From Botryllus schlosseri (taxonomy: Eukaryota), in the NCBI GenBank assembly GCA_051294905.1, contig CM119372.1, positions 3,782,001 to 3,846,000 of the forward strand: a stretch of DNA of 64,000 nt, in the 5' to 3' direction. The notes beneath the pieces are model-generated. The model searched no databases. It was not told the DNA's origin and worked only from the letters and a program-made list of their open reading frames with translations. Positions within the stretch are counted from its first letter, which is position 1. Each line of letters opens with the position of its first letter. Below, piece by piece: positions 1 to 11,518 of this stretch. The position numbers were made by a program, and so were the translations under genes.

Positions 1-21
1 TAGTAAATTTTGGTTTCGCGC

Positions 22-313
22 CAGAATTGCTCAAACTATATAGTTAACTAACGGTCAACTAACTACTGTTTTTAGTATAGTTCTAGTTCTAGTTGCGGAT
101 TTGGAAAAATGAGTAGTTCCAGATGCGGATTTTGAAAAGTTGAAAGGTTCTAGTTCTAATTCTAGTTGCCAGTTTTGAAAAATGACTAGTTTTAGTTTCA
201 TAGTTCCGAGTTTTGAGAAGTGAGTAGTTCTAGTTGCGAGTTTTGAAAATTGAGTAGTTCTAGTTCTAGTTCTAGATGCGTATTTTGAAAATCCAGTATT
301 TAGTACAAGCCTG
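22..313. mobile_element. hAT-type MITE with internal (TAGTTC)n-rich repeats
   Basis: Perfect 8-bp direct repeat TTTCGCGC at 14-21 and 314-321. Imperfect termini CAGAATTG.. / ..CAAGCCTG. Internal repeated motif TAGTTCTAGTTGCG..TTTTGAAAA also seen at 38820-38960. Confidence 0.72.
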
Positions 314-881
314 TTTCGCGCGGCGTACTAGATTGCAACTGTCCATCAATTGTTTATGCCGTGTCATTCTCCATTTTGCTCTTTCTGTCCCGGAAAACAG
401 TAATTAGGCGCGAGACAAGCAATGGCGCTCCGCGAGCCCAAATTTGCAGGTTAAGCCAGAGATTCCCCGTCACTTTCATGCAAATTATACCTTAGTACCT
501 CGCGTGGATGTGTTATGAGCCAATCGCTTACTGTTTTAAAACCATTAAATGCACGCAGGTCGCAATTAAAATTGTTAATGACACTCGACGGCACTGGAGG
601 TCGCTGAGCTTATAGACGTAACAGCAATTATTAGCAATGGGCAATTTCAACACCAAAAAACGCGCATTCATGAGAAAATACGAGAACGGCCGCAAACACA
701 TTCAAGTCTGATGGCTTAAGTGCGCAACGTTAAACGATGGCCTAATTATTAATCGTCAATTACCGAGCGATCATAACTCGTTACCCCATTGTCGCCATGA
801 AATTGAGTAGTATTTCGATACCATTACGTGTTCAGTCGCGTGACTGTGCTAATTGAATTATTAAGGAAAGACACGTTAAAA

Positions 882-1046
882 TTTAAAGAGCTTCTTGGAG
901 GTACAGAACTTCAATATACAATTAAATAGTATATTCATATTGAAATGAACCCGAATATTTTCGGCTGACACTCGTCAGGGGTAATCGTCAGCAACTAGTA
1001 GAGAATTGGAAAGAACATTGTATATCAACAATCGTATCACAAAATT
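882..1046 (-). mobile_element. Solo Penelope-type pseudo-LTR unit (~165 bp) carrying a hammerhead ribozyme
   Basis: Near-identical (reverse complement) to 58214-58376, which directly follows a Penelope GIY-YIG C-terminus. Further copies at 1852-2022, 41749-41895, 44726-44893, 45890-45970 and 52975-53130. Confidence 0.75.
949..982 (-). ncRNA. Minimal type I hammerhead ribozyme
   Basis: Minus strand reads ACCC-CUGACGA-G(UGUCAGC)C-GAA-AAUAUU-C-GGGU. Helix I is ACCC/GGGU, core CUGANGA, G10.1-C11.1 pair, GAAA, palindromic helix III AAUAUU, predicted cleavage after UUC. Confidence 0.72.
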
Positions 1047-1489
1047 TAAAAAAATTTAACAAAATTTAAACGAACCACCGTTCTTTCAACTTGATAGATT
1101 TCACATATTTTTAAAAATAATGATCATTCTCTGATTATGCAAGGACTTACTATGAAATAAAACCCGTCAATATTGGTACTGCCGTTATTTCATTGTGATA
1201 TTAGTATTTTTCAAGATTCGGGTATCGATGGTTTCCACATATACTAAAATTGTATCAACACATCTTCTACTATTGCGAAAAGGCCTTGGAATGTACCAAA
1301 TACAGTGCTACAGCTTTTCAAATATATATACAGTTATACACGCATTGGCGAGTGATAGAGTTATGTGGTGAATTTTATTTTGAATGAATGGATAAATTAG
1401 TATATTTTACTGTCGCGAAGAAGCATTGAAATGTACCGAATACAGAATGCTTTTCGAAATACATATACATGCCCTTTTTGTGATAATGT

Positions 1490-1624
1490 TTGTTTGTTTG
1501 TGTTGGGGGTATTCATGGTGTTTGTCGACTACTATGGTCATTGGTCATTTACACCAGGCCGATATTCTTATTTTCCGTAACTGCCGACTTATAGCACGGC
1601 CCACCTCTAGGCTTTTGTAAGATA
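1490..1624 (-). mobile_element. 3' fragment of tRNA-derived SINE family 1
   Basis: Matches 11250-11375 (CGACTT.TAGCACGGCCCAC.TCTAGGCTTTTGTAAG; GGTCATTTACACCAGGCCGATATTC). Confidence 0.55.
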
Positions 1625-1851
1625 ATGTTAGTTTCAGCTATGTGTTGGCATGCGCAGGAAAATATTGCCTTTAGCTTTGTAATGTACCAAATACAGAATT
1701 ACAGCTTTTCAAATACATTCATTTTGGAGTAATATTTTTAGGTTCAGTGGTGTAAATGTATAGGCATACGCTAGAAAATATTGCCTTTGGCGTTACGTAA
1801 CGCAAATAAACTTCCTGCATTTTCATTAATACATGCTTCTACCCAAACTCC

Positions 1852-2022
1852 GAAGACTCTTGGCGGCAGCGAGCTTCAATATACAATTGGCTATATATTC
1901 ATATTGATATAAACCCGAATATTTTAGGCTGACACTCGTCAGTGTAATCGATGATGATGTCGAATCAGCCGAAAATAATCGGGTTTATTTGAGTATGATT
2001 AATATATTATTCAATTGTATAT
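1852..2022. mobile_element. Inverted pair of degenerate Penelope pseudo-LTR/hammerhead units
   Basis: Minus-strand copy with GAAA changed to TAAA (1912-1945), abutting an opposite-orientation degenerate copy (..CAGCCGAAAATAATCGGGTTT, ~1950-2022). Confidence 0.6.
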
Positions 2023-3039
2023 TTTTCTTTACGATGCGAGTATTTGACATAGTATATCTCGCGTACTGGCACGTTGCTACACTCCCCTCCAGACGACGTG
2101 ACATTCTCCTTGCCATCCGATAAAGTAGTTTTATCTGCAGGGTCATGAAGGTGGTTATGTGCCGCTGTCAGATGGATGGAATATAGCCGTACGCTCGGGA
2201 TCAAGTTATGATAACACCGCTCTCGCAAATTGACCGATTGTGCGCGCGCTATAGAGTTTTCGAAATTATCCCCACCGTGATTCATAACTTGACGCCATTT
2301 TACGGGAAAATATTTTTTTCTCGTTAATTACCCCCTTGACTTTCAAATTAGACAAAACAAAATCCCGCACGTCCGGCAATTAGTATTAGCAACAATCATT
2401 GACCATAACCTCACATGCTTAAGAACAGTCGGCGCGTAATTATTGTGAAATTTTGCGGTTTTTATCCCATGGTTTTGTGGGCATTAGGTATAGCCTGACG
2501 CCATCCGCATTGGAAAATGAAGCTTTTCCATTCTGCCAGGTCACAATTACAGAAAAGAATATACCCTATCGGAACAGTCTTTCGTATGTGGTCACGATTT
2601 CTGAAGTATTCGACGACTCCATTATCGGCCGTATACCAGAAGTTATCCAATTCGTAAATAAAACTAATTGAGAGAAAGTACTCGAAACATAACCACAACA
2701 TGCGGCGACTTAGCGCCATTTCGAGGAAGCCAATCATCGCGTCGCAATAATTTAATGAAGCTTTCGCGACCTTATACAAATCCCATAAAGGTGCAATCAT
2801 GATATTATAAAATTACGGACCATTTACAACGTTGAGCAATACCCGAAATGGTAAATACTTTTGATATAATTAACGGGCCGCATATTGACAAGAAAAGCTC
2901 CCATCGTCCGCAGGCCCGCCTTACAAAAACTGCAATTTATGTGTATGTTAGATCACGACATTGGAAAAACTTCATTCGATACAGCTAACAGATAGCGTAT
3001 GTAGTAAAACAAACTTCTGTGCAAGCCAGTAAATCACGG

Positions 3040-3240
3040 ACCCAAGATCGCAGGACCAGGCCTACAGGACCAGGACCACAGGCTCAGGGTCACTTACTCT
3101 AGATCTCAGGTTCAGACCTACAGCGTCCGGCTCAAAGGCTCAGGCCCACAGGCTTACCATCACGGATTCAAGCTCTCGGGTTCAGGCCTACACAGTGTCC
3201 GCTGTGCAGCTCACAGGCTCCGGCGCTGGCTCAAAGGACC
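3040..3240. repeat. Degenerate GC-rich short tandem repeat (CAGGACC/CAGGCTC/CAGGCCT units)
   Basis: Visible reiteration of CAGG-NNN motifs. Stop codons interrupt the minus-strand frames I translated; no ORF in the supplied track. Confidence 0.4.
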
Positions 3241-5489
3241 CTATACGCACCACGCAATGCATGCGATTATATTGTTCGACCTTTCCGCCGATCTTATACG
3301 CAATACGAAACTTTCTTCACGCATCAAATTGAATTTAGCCACAAAATTGTCACGTCACTCCCATACAGTCGCAATATCGCGCGCTTAACATGTCGGGACA
3401 AGACACTATTCTTGGAAACGTGTGACGTCACTATACGGCTTCGCGACATGTAAAGTGTAAAGTGGAAATGTAAAGATAAACCGTTATTATATCAGCCGGC
3501 CGGGCAATTGCCGATGCGTTTTCAGCGAAACGGCGCTTAATTAGCGATTGTTTCATTAGGCATTCTTAGCGGAGTAACTCAAAACCGACGATTAATTAGG
3601 CTCCGGAATACCTACACAGAAACGTCAATTTAAACACGAGTTTCGGTGTCTACCGTTGATGGCGACTGCCAGGAATGCGGCAGCCGCGTGCCCCTAACTC
3701 AAATCTATTCATACTGACGTCACAGAACGGGCGCGCTTTGTGATTAGAGAGCCAATAATTACTCATGATGACAAAGCCTACCTGCACAGTGTACTACGTA
3801 CGGTAGCATTGACAGATTGCTCAGTGCTCACAAAGAGGTCGGAAACGGCGTACAACTTAATATTGTCGTCTGCGTCCGCGTTAGAATATTGCAATTTGGG
3901 GGACTAAAAACCAGCCAACACATCGGATATATAACTAGTATTAATTGACAGATATTTGCGCGCGACCGCATGGTATTAAGAGTGATTACTGTCACTTTGA
4001 TGATCTGTGTTCGGCGATAAAGATCACAGGTTCACGTAGTCCATGGTTAGGGTTGAATAGATGTCGATAATGAAGATTTTCTGCCACGTAATTAGGTGAA
4101 AATACTGGTTGGGGCAGGCAGACGCTCTCATACAGTAACAGGGAGTGAATTACTCCATAGCCTTTGACACGATTACCGTATATTAAGGCCTGACTGACTT
4201 GAGCCATACACTACAGGGGCACTGTCATTAGTTATTACTGATATCACAATTATATTTATGGAGAAAATGCAAGGTTTCAGTTTTGTAAGTCTAGTATTGA
4301 CATAAAATCGAAGAGACTTACTTTTCATCCGATAAGGAGTTACAAACTATACAATACATAGACCAGATAGGCCTACCATGAAACGCCATGCTCCAAGCAC
4401 AATTTAACTTCATAGCTATAAGCGGACCTCGCAGGTGAGTGCAACAGCTGCCGTGTGCTACATTGACCCATGCAATTGAGAAATTCTAATTGAATGAGCT
4501 CATAATAGCGCCCAATCGCAAAATAAATTGATCTGACGAAGTACTGTTATTTCGAATTTCAAAAAGCTATACCTTTTTCTACCTTGCGAACGGTGAAATT
4601 AGTTTGCGCAGGACTCGTGTCATAGGTGAACGCAGAGATAAGATATATATACATCGAAAATGATGTTTAGTTAAATTAAAAAGACCATTTACATATAAAC
4701 GTATCAGGATTAGGCTTACCTACGTAAGTGTAAAAAAGGTACAGTCATAGTAGAATATCGTCCAATTTCATCCATTTTAATTAATCTCAATTAGGAAAAG
4801 TTGGCTCTGAACGGACAGTCAGCATCGAGACACCATCATGTTCGAACATAATTCAACAAATTAGAATGTGACAATGTATATATGGGCAATTTGTGATGTG
4901 ACACATATTTTCCTAAGTTATAGCGTGTGATTGGCGTTGATTTTCGAGGTAATAACACTAAACGAATTTAACTAGAAATATCATGTATCACTTCTCCACC
5001 CATGCCAGATTGGCAATTATAGTGGGCCTGATTATATACGCAAGAAAAGCCTTCGTGCTATACGGCGACTAATGTGATATTGTGAAACCGTATTTAGTGG
5101 TTTCCATTGCAAGTTTTCAAGTTTTTGTCCACTCCGTGCGGCTTGTTAACAAATCGCTTGCTCGGAAAAATGACAGGTTTCAAAGTGGAATGGTAGACTC
5201 GGAAATGCAATTTGTTAAACGCCTTGTCAACAACGTTTCAAGTGCAATTTTTATATCACGGTAGTGGTATAACACGAAATTCCGTATTAGAAATGCGTTA
5301 TAGCGGTTTTTAATTTTCACATACGTGCGATTGCGCATTTAATATAAATTTGCTAAAACATATTCCGGTTGTGTTTAATTCAGGGCCATAATCCCAATTT
5401 TGAATGTACAAATAAGCCCACAGAAACATTAGAGCTCGATACATAGGTTAACTTATTGCATACGATTTTTTCTAAGGTTTTTTACTAGG

Positions 5490-5650
5490 CTCCTCTTCGC
5501 CATCTGATCGGCGTATGCGGTGTCTTAAAAAAACCTATAGTGGTGGGCCGCGCTACAAGTCGGAAGATATGGAATCATAACGAAGAATATTGGCCTCGTG
5601 TAATTGAGCATTGTAGTCGAAAAACACCGTGAATATCACAAAAAATAAAA
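5490..5650 (+). mobile_element. 3' fragment of tRNA-derived SINE family 1
   Basis: GCGGTGTCTTAAAAAAACCTATAGTGGTGGGCCGCGCTACAAGTCGG matches 14360-14405 and the reverse complement of 11330-11385. Confidence 0.5.
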
Positions 5651-5909
5651 CAGGTCTAAGATAAAGTCCAAGAAATTGGTCAATATCATGTAACGATTAC
5701 AGCATGCATATCTCGAAATGAATCAATTTAAGAAATGATTATTGTGATGTATGTATATTTGATGTTAAGGAGGAATTGACTCATAACAGACGATACTACT
5801 ACTGTGACAAGACCCACAAACATGTTATCCAGCGTCATAAATGTGTAAATCAACAACAGAAAAAAACCGCAAATTTTACATTTTCAGGTAGGTATAAAGC
5901 ACCCGGCAG

Positions 5910-6388
5910 CAGAGATGAGCGGATTTGGAATTTCTATATCCTAATCCAATCCAAATCCGAAACCTCTAATCCTAATCCAAATCCTAATCCAGAACTTTTG
6001 TATATTCAAATCCATGTCCAATCCTAATCCGATTCTAACTTGGAAATTCAGTAAAATTGCTAATTTGTGCAAGGGAGGAATTAGAGATTTTTCCTTCACA
6101 ACCAACAATTCTCTTGATTTGAGATAACTCGGCATATGACTGCACCTATCATGTTCATTGGCACCGAGTGTACCATAGTGTAGTGTACCATAATATAATA
6201 ATAACTAATCTGAATTAAGTTTGTCGCCATTCGCTACACGACATATCAATCTCCCAGAAAATCGGTCAATCCAATCCAAATCCTAATCCATTCAGCAAAA
6301 AATCTCTAATCCTAATCCGATCCAAATCCGACAAAATCTCACAAATCCGGTTTTTTCAAATCCTAATCCTAATCCATGCTCATCTCTG
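5910..6388. mobile_element. hAT-type MITE (479 bp) with AATCCT/AATCCA subterminal repeats
   Basis: TIR CAGAGATGAGC / GCTCATCTCTG; perfect 8-bp TSD CCCGGCAG (5902-5909, 6389-6396). Confidence 0.85.
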
Positions 6389-6970
6389 CCCGGCAGTGAG
6401 GTCCGGTGGTTGTTACGACAATATGTCAATAGCGATGAAAGGCTCGGCTTTTCATTACCAGTGATTTACTTGTTGCCAAAAGTAAGCCCAACTTCGCGCT
6501 GTGAAGATATGCTGCTAGGGTTTTCATACCCGAGCACCACTCAAGCATTCAAGTACATCACTCTGAACATTCACTACACGAATCATATCGATAACCGAAA
6601 AAAATCAGGCCAGGAAACGCAACGCCCGATGAGGCCGATACCTCTTTCGCGATGACAGAAAATTACAAAATGGCGGAAGCAGTCTACGAACAGAGAGTCG
6701 CTTAGGCTCCGTACATTGTCCAAGCTTCAGTGTAAATTACCAATCCAACATATATACCATTTTTTACATCCATGTGTACCAGACATAGCCAGTAGCCACG
6801 GACCCACAATTAAGGTATTGCTACAAGGACATTCACAAGCTATCTCAACCATTGGAGTCGATTTTAGATTAAGCCTACCATTAGATATAGTAGACAAGCC
6901 AGTGTGTAACGTACATATCGTGCAATGCAAAACGCACGTACTATTATAAGTGAAGCAAACGAATTCTTAC

Positions 6971-7562
6971 CTTTGGATGGGCGTACTAGTTGTTCACTGG
7001 TGACTTGAGAATTTAGTGTCTCCGCCGAGTATTGAATGTAAGGCCTGCGATCATCGGAAAGCTGGCAGTCCACTCTGGGAGATGACCGTGCACACTGCAC
7101 TGCCTCCACTTCGTCACCGGTAGATGTGACATCGATGTCTTCTGAACTTTCAGGCCTGTCGCTTGACTCTACATCGATAGGTTCGTCGCTGTCGTCCGAC
7201 CTTCGATGTTCCATGTTTGCCACCCTCGAATCGCGAGCAAGACTAGCGTAATTCACGAAATCCTGGATGTGCTTCGGCCTGGATACTACAGGAGACGGGA
7301 CCACACCGTTGGCACTGAAGCGTAGCATATCTTGAACGTATCTCGACTGGTCCGCGCGATTAGGGAAAAACACAGCGCTTGTCGTAGACGAGGGCTTTTT
7401 TACTTTGGCGATTTGTTCTACAGTCTTTGGTGTCTCTGAATTCGGGGCAGTGTCGCTCGCTTGTCCAACGCCGCCTGTAAGTAACCTTGAAGCAAATACA
7501 CGGCCGTCAGAATATTCCGGGCCTTTATCGTTCCAGGGTCGATCTTCATCGGAACGACCCAT
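6971..7562 (-). CDS. Large coding exon of an unidentified gene (MGRSDEDRPW...EQLVRPSK), Ser/acidic-rich, possibly a regulator N-terminus
   Basis: Part of a 244-codon open frame, much GC-richer than its flanks. ATG at 7562; strong donor AAAG|GTAAGA after 6971 (phase 1). Downstream exons not confidently located. Confidence 0.6.
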
Positions 7563-9904
7563 AACAAAAGAAATTCTAACTAACCTGCTGTGTAACAAGA
7601 GAACAAAATTTCGATGATGACCGGTCGCGAGTATAGCTGAGTCTCCTTGTTGAACCGATTCGTGTAACTACCGTGTATACGTGTAGGATCTTTGAAATGA
7701 TCTACAGCAAAGGAAATGAACGTAATTGTGAAGATTGCCGAGACAAATCGTTTATGATCGCTGGAAACCGTTAGAGTCGCACGGCAGATTTTTTCGTTTT
7801 TTTGCGCTCTCGATATTGATTCGATGTAACACTAGCCACCACCGTAGTAGATTTTCATTTCAGCTGGTTACCTTTTCTCTCATGGCCACGCCGATCTGTA
7901 AATATTCTCTCAACAGGTATGCAAGAAGCAACTGTATAAAGCTCGTTAGATAGATTTGAATGGATATAGAACCACTACCGGGAATCAAGATGGCAACTAT
8001 TAAATACTAAGATAATGTAACACGGAAATAAATATGTTCCACGTGCCGTAGACGGCGTGGTGCCCTTTTTACAAGCTTCACCTTGTCACCTATAACCCCA
8101 CTGTTGATTGTAAATATTGCATGCACTCAATTAATGAATAGTCGGGCAGCATCTTACATAATTCCCATTGTCTTTGTCAGTCTCTGTTAGCCTAGTCGTC
8201 TCTAGCTGTTTGTATATGCCCACCATGTAAGTAGATTATGCCAGATGTAAACTTTTTTTCCACCATGGAAAGACTTTATGAGGCACTCGTGCGTGCGATG
8301 CAAAATCAGTGAACTTAAATAAATCTCTTAGCTTAAAATAAAGGTATCTAATTATCCCCTATTAAAGACCACACGTCATCGTTTAATTCGTGGTGCCCTT
8401 GAAAGGACTGTTATGTCTTCTATTGAGTTTGTTCTAGCTTCAATCAACATGCCCGAAATTCCAGAAACACTCAGTATGGGCCAATCTAAACTGATGTCTT
8501 CCGTTTTATAGACGTTAATAGCAAATGATCAGCTCTTTTGCCCAGATGCTATTGAAATTGTGGACGCTTCGTCGTTCAGCTGTGTAATGGAATATAGACC
8601 AATACTAAAAAGACTGAAGCAGTTTAATTCAGCGGTAACAAGAACGTGATTTAGGGTTGCCATCGTTCGAGGTCCAGAAAAGAGGACACTTTTTACGAAT
8701 CACACAATTTATAATATACGGGTAATTTGAAAATCTTTACGGAAAATACTGTTGGGGTAACTAAAAAAAGGTCATTTTTTAAAACTCGAGTCCCGAAAGA
8801 CTCGCTTGAATGTCCGGATTCCAGATTTCGAGTCATTTATCGCGTTTTTTAGTTGTGCCTGTATAATCGACCGGCTGTCAAAGCTTGAAAGTGGGACGAA
8901 TTGCCCGAAGGGATCATATTCGGGCGTCCGCGGAGGACAACTTCGATTTCCTGAAAATGGAGGACATATCCTCCTAAAGGGGTACGCACGCCAAGCCCAG
9001 CTTTATCCCAAAAACTAGTTATATATATGCGAATCATATCGCACCCTACCTTAAGTTATTTCGCTGGCAATTGACTAGATGCTGCAATTCTACTCATTAT
9101 GATAGCGCATGGTGGGGAGTTGAGTACAGATTCGATCTGGGCTGGATTTCGAACATTTTGGCAGGGTGGGTACTGCGACCAGGTTGGATTCAAGAGTCAA
9201 GTTTCTTCTGATACGTTGCTGGTCTTGACTCGGATTCGAGGCACTTTGAGCTGCAAGATTGGAATAAAATAGTCGATCCTTGAAGAATCCGCCTCGATTA
9301 GCACCTGCAAAGGTGATACCAAACATGAGGTGAACTATCGCCATCTGCAGATTTCCTAGAAAGAGTCTCATCAAGGGAGCGTGTCAGTCGTAAGCACGAG
9401 ACTTAACGATATTTTATTGTCCCCAGGAAAGGTATAAAGCATTCGGTATGCAGTGTATAGTCGTATTTACGTAATAACTGCCTAATTACTGTCAAACGAG
9501 CTATTATAACCCACTAATGACATCATTGGTTCTGGAACCGACGGCATGATCGGCTATAGTAGAGATGTTCGTTACTGTAATTACGAGCGTGTCGCATTGT
9601 GCGTGTATACTGCCCTGTTTCATCGATAAACATATAATAGAGTCGTTTCTTGGGAATATGATTTACCACTATTGGGCGGGTCTTGCTCGTTAGCGAGCAG
9701 GAAATGGCTCCGCAAGTGTGATCTATTACTGATTGAAATAATTTTGATGAGGGTAACTTGCAGAGCACCATCGGGGCGATAATGTATTATACAACTGACT
9801 TAAACGCTCTTTTCGGGACAGCTCCATCTAATTCCAATGTGTTGTGGTTTTAATTGCTTCAAATCAGAGCATTATGTCTTTATGAGTGTATGTTATACTT
9901 GCAG

Positions 9905-10857
9905 GCGTCGGATTCGTCGGCCATTACCTCTATGTGGAGAAACGAATCTGGATGAAAACTCACACAGTGTTGGCTCGCGGCCCAGTTCGCAAATTAAGAG
10001 TATACGAACGGTCGAACGCCAATGTATTCGTCGAAAATGAATCGGAACACAATGCCGCCATACAGAATTTATTTAAAGATGTGCTATTTTTGTAAGTTCA
10101 CCTTCAAACAGCGGCAATGTTTGATATACTGGTTGCACGAATGTTCGCATACGATAAATTCAGGATCACTCTCCAATGTTAGCCAGTGCAAAAAGCTGGA
10201 CACATAACCCTATACGGCCTACCATATTCGATGTGTTATGAGTTGATGATATATCCTCAAACGTATAATGTGAAGAACCTATGTTGTTGTTTTCAATTGA
10301 GGATTCGCGAAGAATGGTTTGCATATTACTTAGACTTATAACTGGCATGGTAAAGATAACTGCACCTGAAAAATGAATTGGATCTCATCCAGTATATTGG
10401 AAATTTCATCTTAAGATCCTTGTAGAACCGCAGTATCCTTCTACGATACGTTGGATAAACATTTTTAAGGATGATGGAGACCTTGTTATCGTGTCTGCGT
10501 GGATAGCTTGTCCACACCTTGAAGAATTGACATGTTCATTTATTTTCACACTGTGGAGTTTCTGTTACACGAAGCGCGTTAGACTACTGATCCCACTAAA
10601 TATTTACTATAGCTCTAAAGCGATTAAGAGGTAACTCTATGAGGAACGAAAAGTCTAGGGACTTCACAGGCAGAGAAATGGAACCGATTTCTGACAAGGT
10701 AGACAATTCGCGATTTGTTCCGCTTGTTGTTAATTCATTAACTGAATTTAGTGTTGGTATAACTGACATACCAGCTAATTACACCAGGGAGTCTGCTGTA
10801 TACCACTTACTTAGCAGAGAATTCATGCAGGCAATTTCCCATGCTGGGATCTACCAG
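9905..10857 (+). CDS. Two putative exons of an unidentified plus-strand gene (9905-10091, 10752-10857)
   Basis: Acceptor ACTTGCAG|, donor TT|GTAAGT (phase 2), then TTTAG| with phase-2 entry and CAG|GTGACC. Joined frame: GVGFVGHYLY...FKDVLFFVGITDIPANY...HAGIYQ. No family recognised. Confidence 0.3.
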
Positions 10858-11249
10858 GTGACCTCTCGTTAGTTCATGGAGGATTATTTTATGTTGGCTG
10901 AAAAACGATTGCGTGAGATCCTTATGACGTGCCAAATGACTTCAACGTCCGAATTTCAATCTGTATTTAACAGTAATATGAGAATACCATCACAAGAACA
11001 CAAGTTTCAGTGATGCTTCAAACGTATAGGGTAATGGTGAAATGCTTAAATCCCACGAAAGTATAGAGCTCAGATTTTCATAACAATATATTTACAACGC
11101 TTAGATTACTATTCGAGTAATTACACTCGCCTTGAGGGCACCTTCATCCCCAAAGGTGGAAGACTTAAGTTAGGCTCATAAGCGAAAAAAGATACTTGAA
11201 GGGCTGAGTTTTTTTCTCCCCAGTTTTATTGCTAAAAAGTGGTACTATG

Positions 11250-11518
11250 TGTTGTTTGTTGTATTCATGGTGTTTGTTGATTACTATGGTCATTTACACC
11301 AGGCCGATATTCCTCATTTTTGATTCCGTGTCTGCCGACTTGTAGCACGGCCCACTTCTAGGCTTTTGTAAGCCACCGCTTACGCGAATGAGATCGCCAG
11401 GACGAGCGTAGATAAACCTCCAACACTTCGGTTGGAAATCTGCAGTCGACCTCGGTCGGACTCAACCCATAACCCATTGGTGTTGTAGCTGTGGATTATA
11501 CCACTACGCTATCTCGCC
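11250..11518 (-). mobile_element. tRNA-derived SINE family 1, near full length
   Basis: 5' GGCGAGATAGCGTAGTGG (Pol III A-box-like), GGGTTGAGTCC (B-box-like), body shared with 14217-14510, CAA-rich tail. Confidence 0.7.

Noticed and set aside
2007-2170. Phase-1 acceptor (CTGACAG|CG) giving AAHNHLHDPADK... as the next exon of the 6971-7562 gene
   Set aside because: The phase fits, but there is no strong donor and no recognisable homology, so it cannot be distinguished from chance.
8370-8640. Minus-strand frame open on both sides of a single TGA (8531-8529), suggesting selenocysteine
   Set aside because: No resemblance to any selenoprotein, no redox motif, no convincing splice or start signals, and no SECIS recognised.
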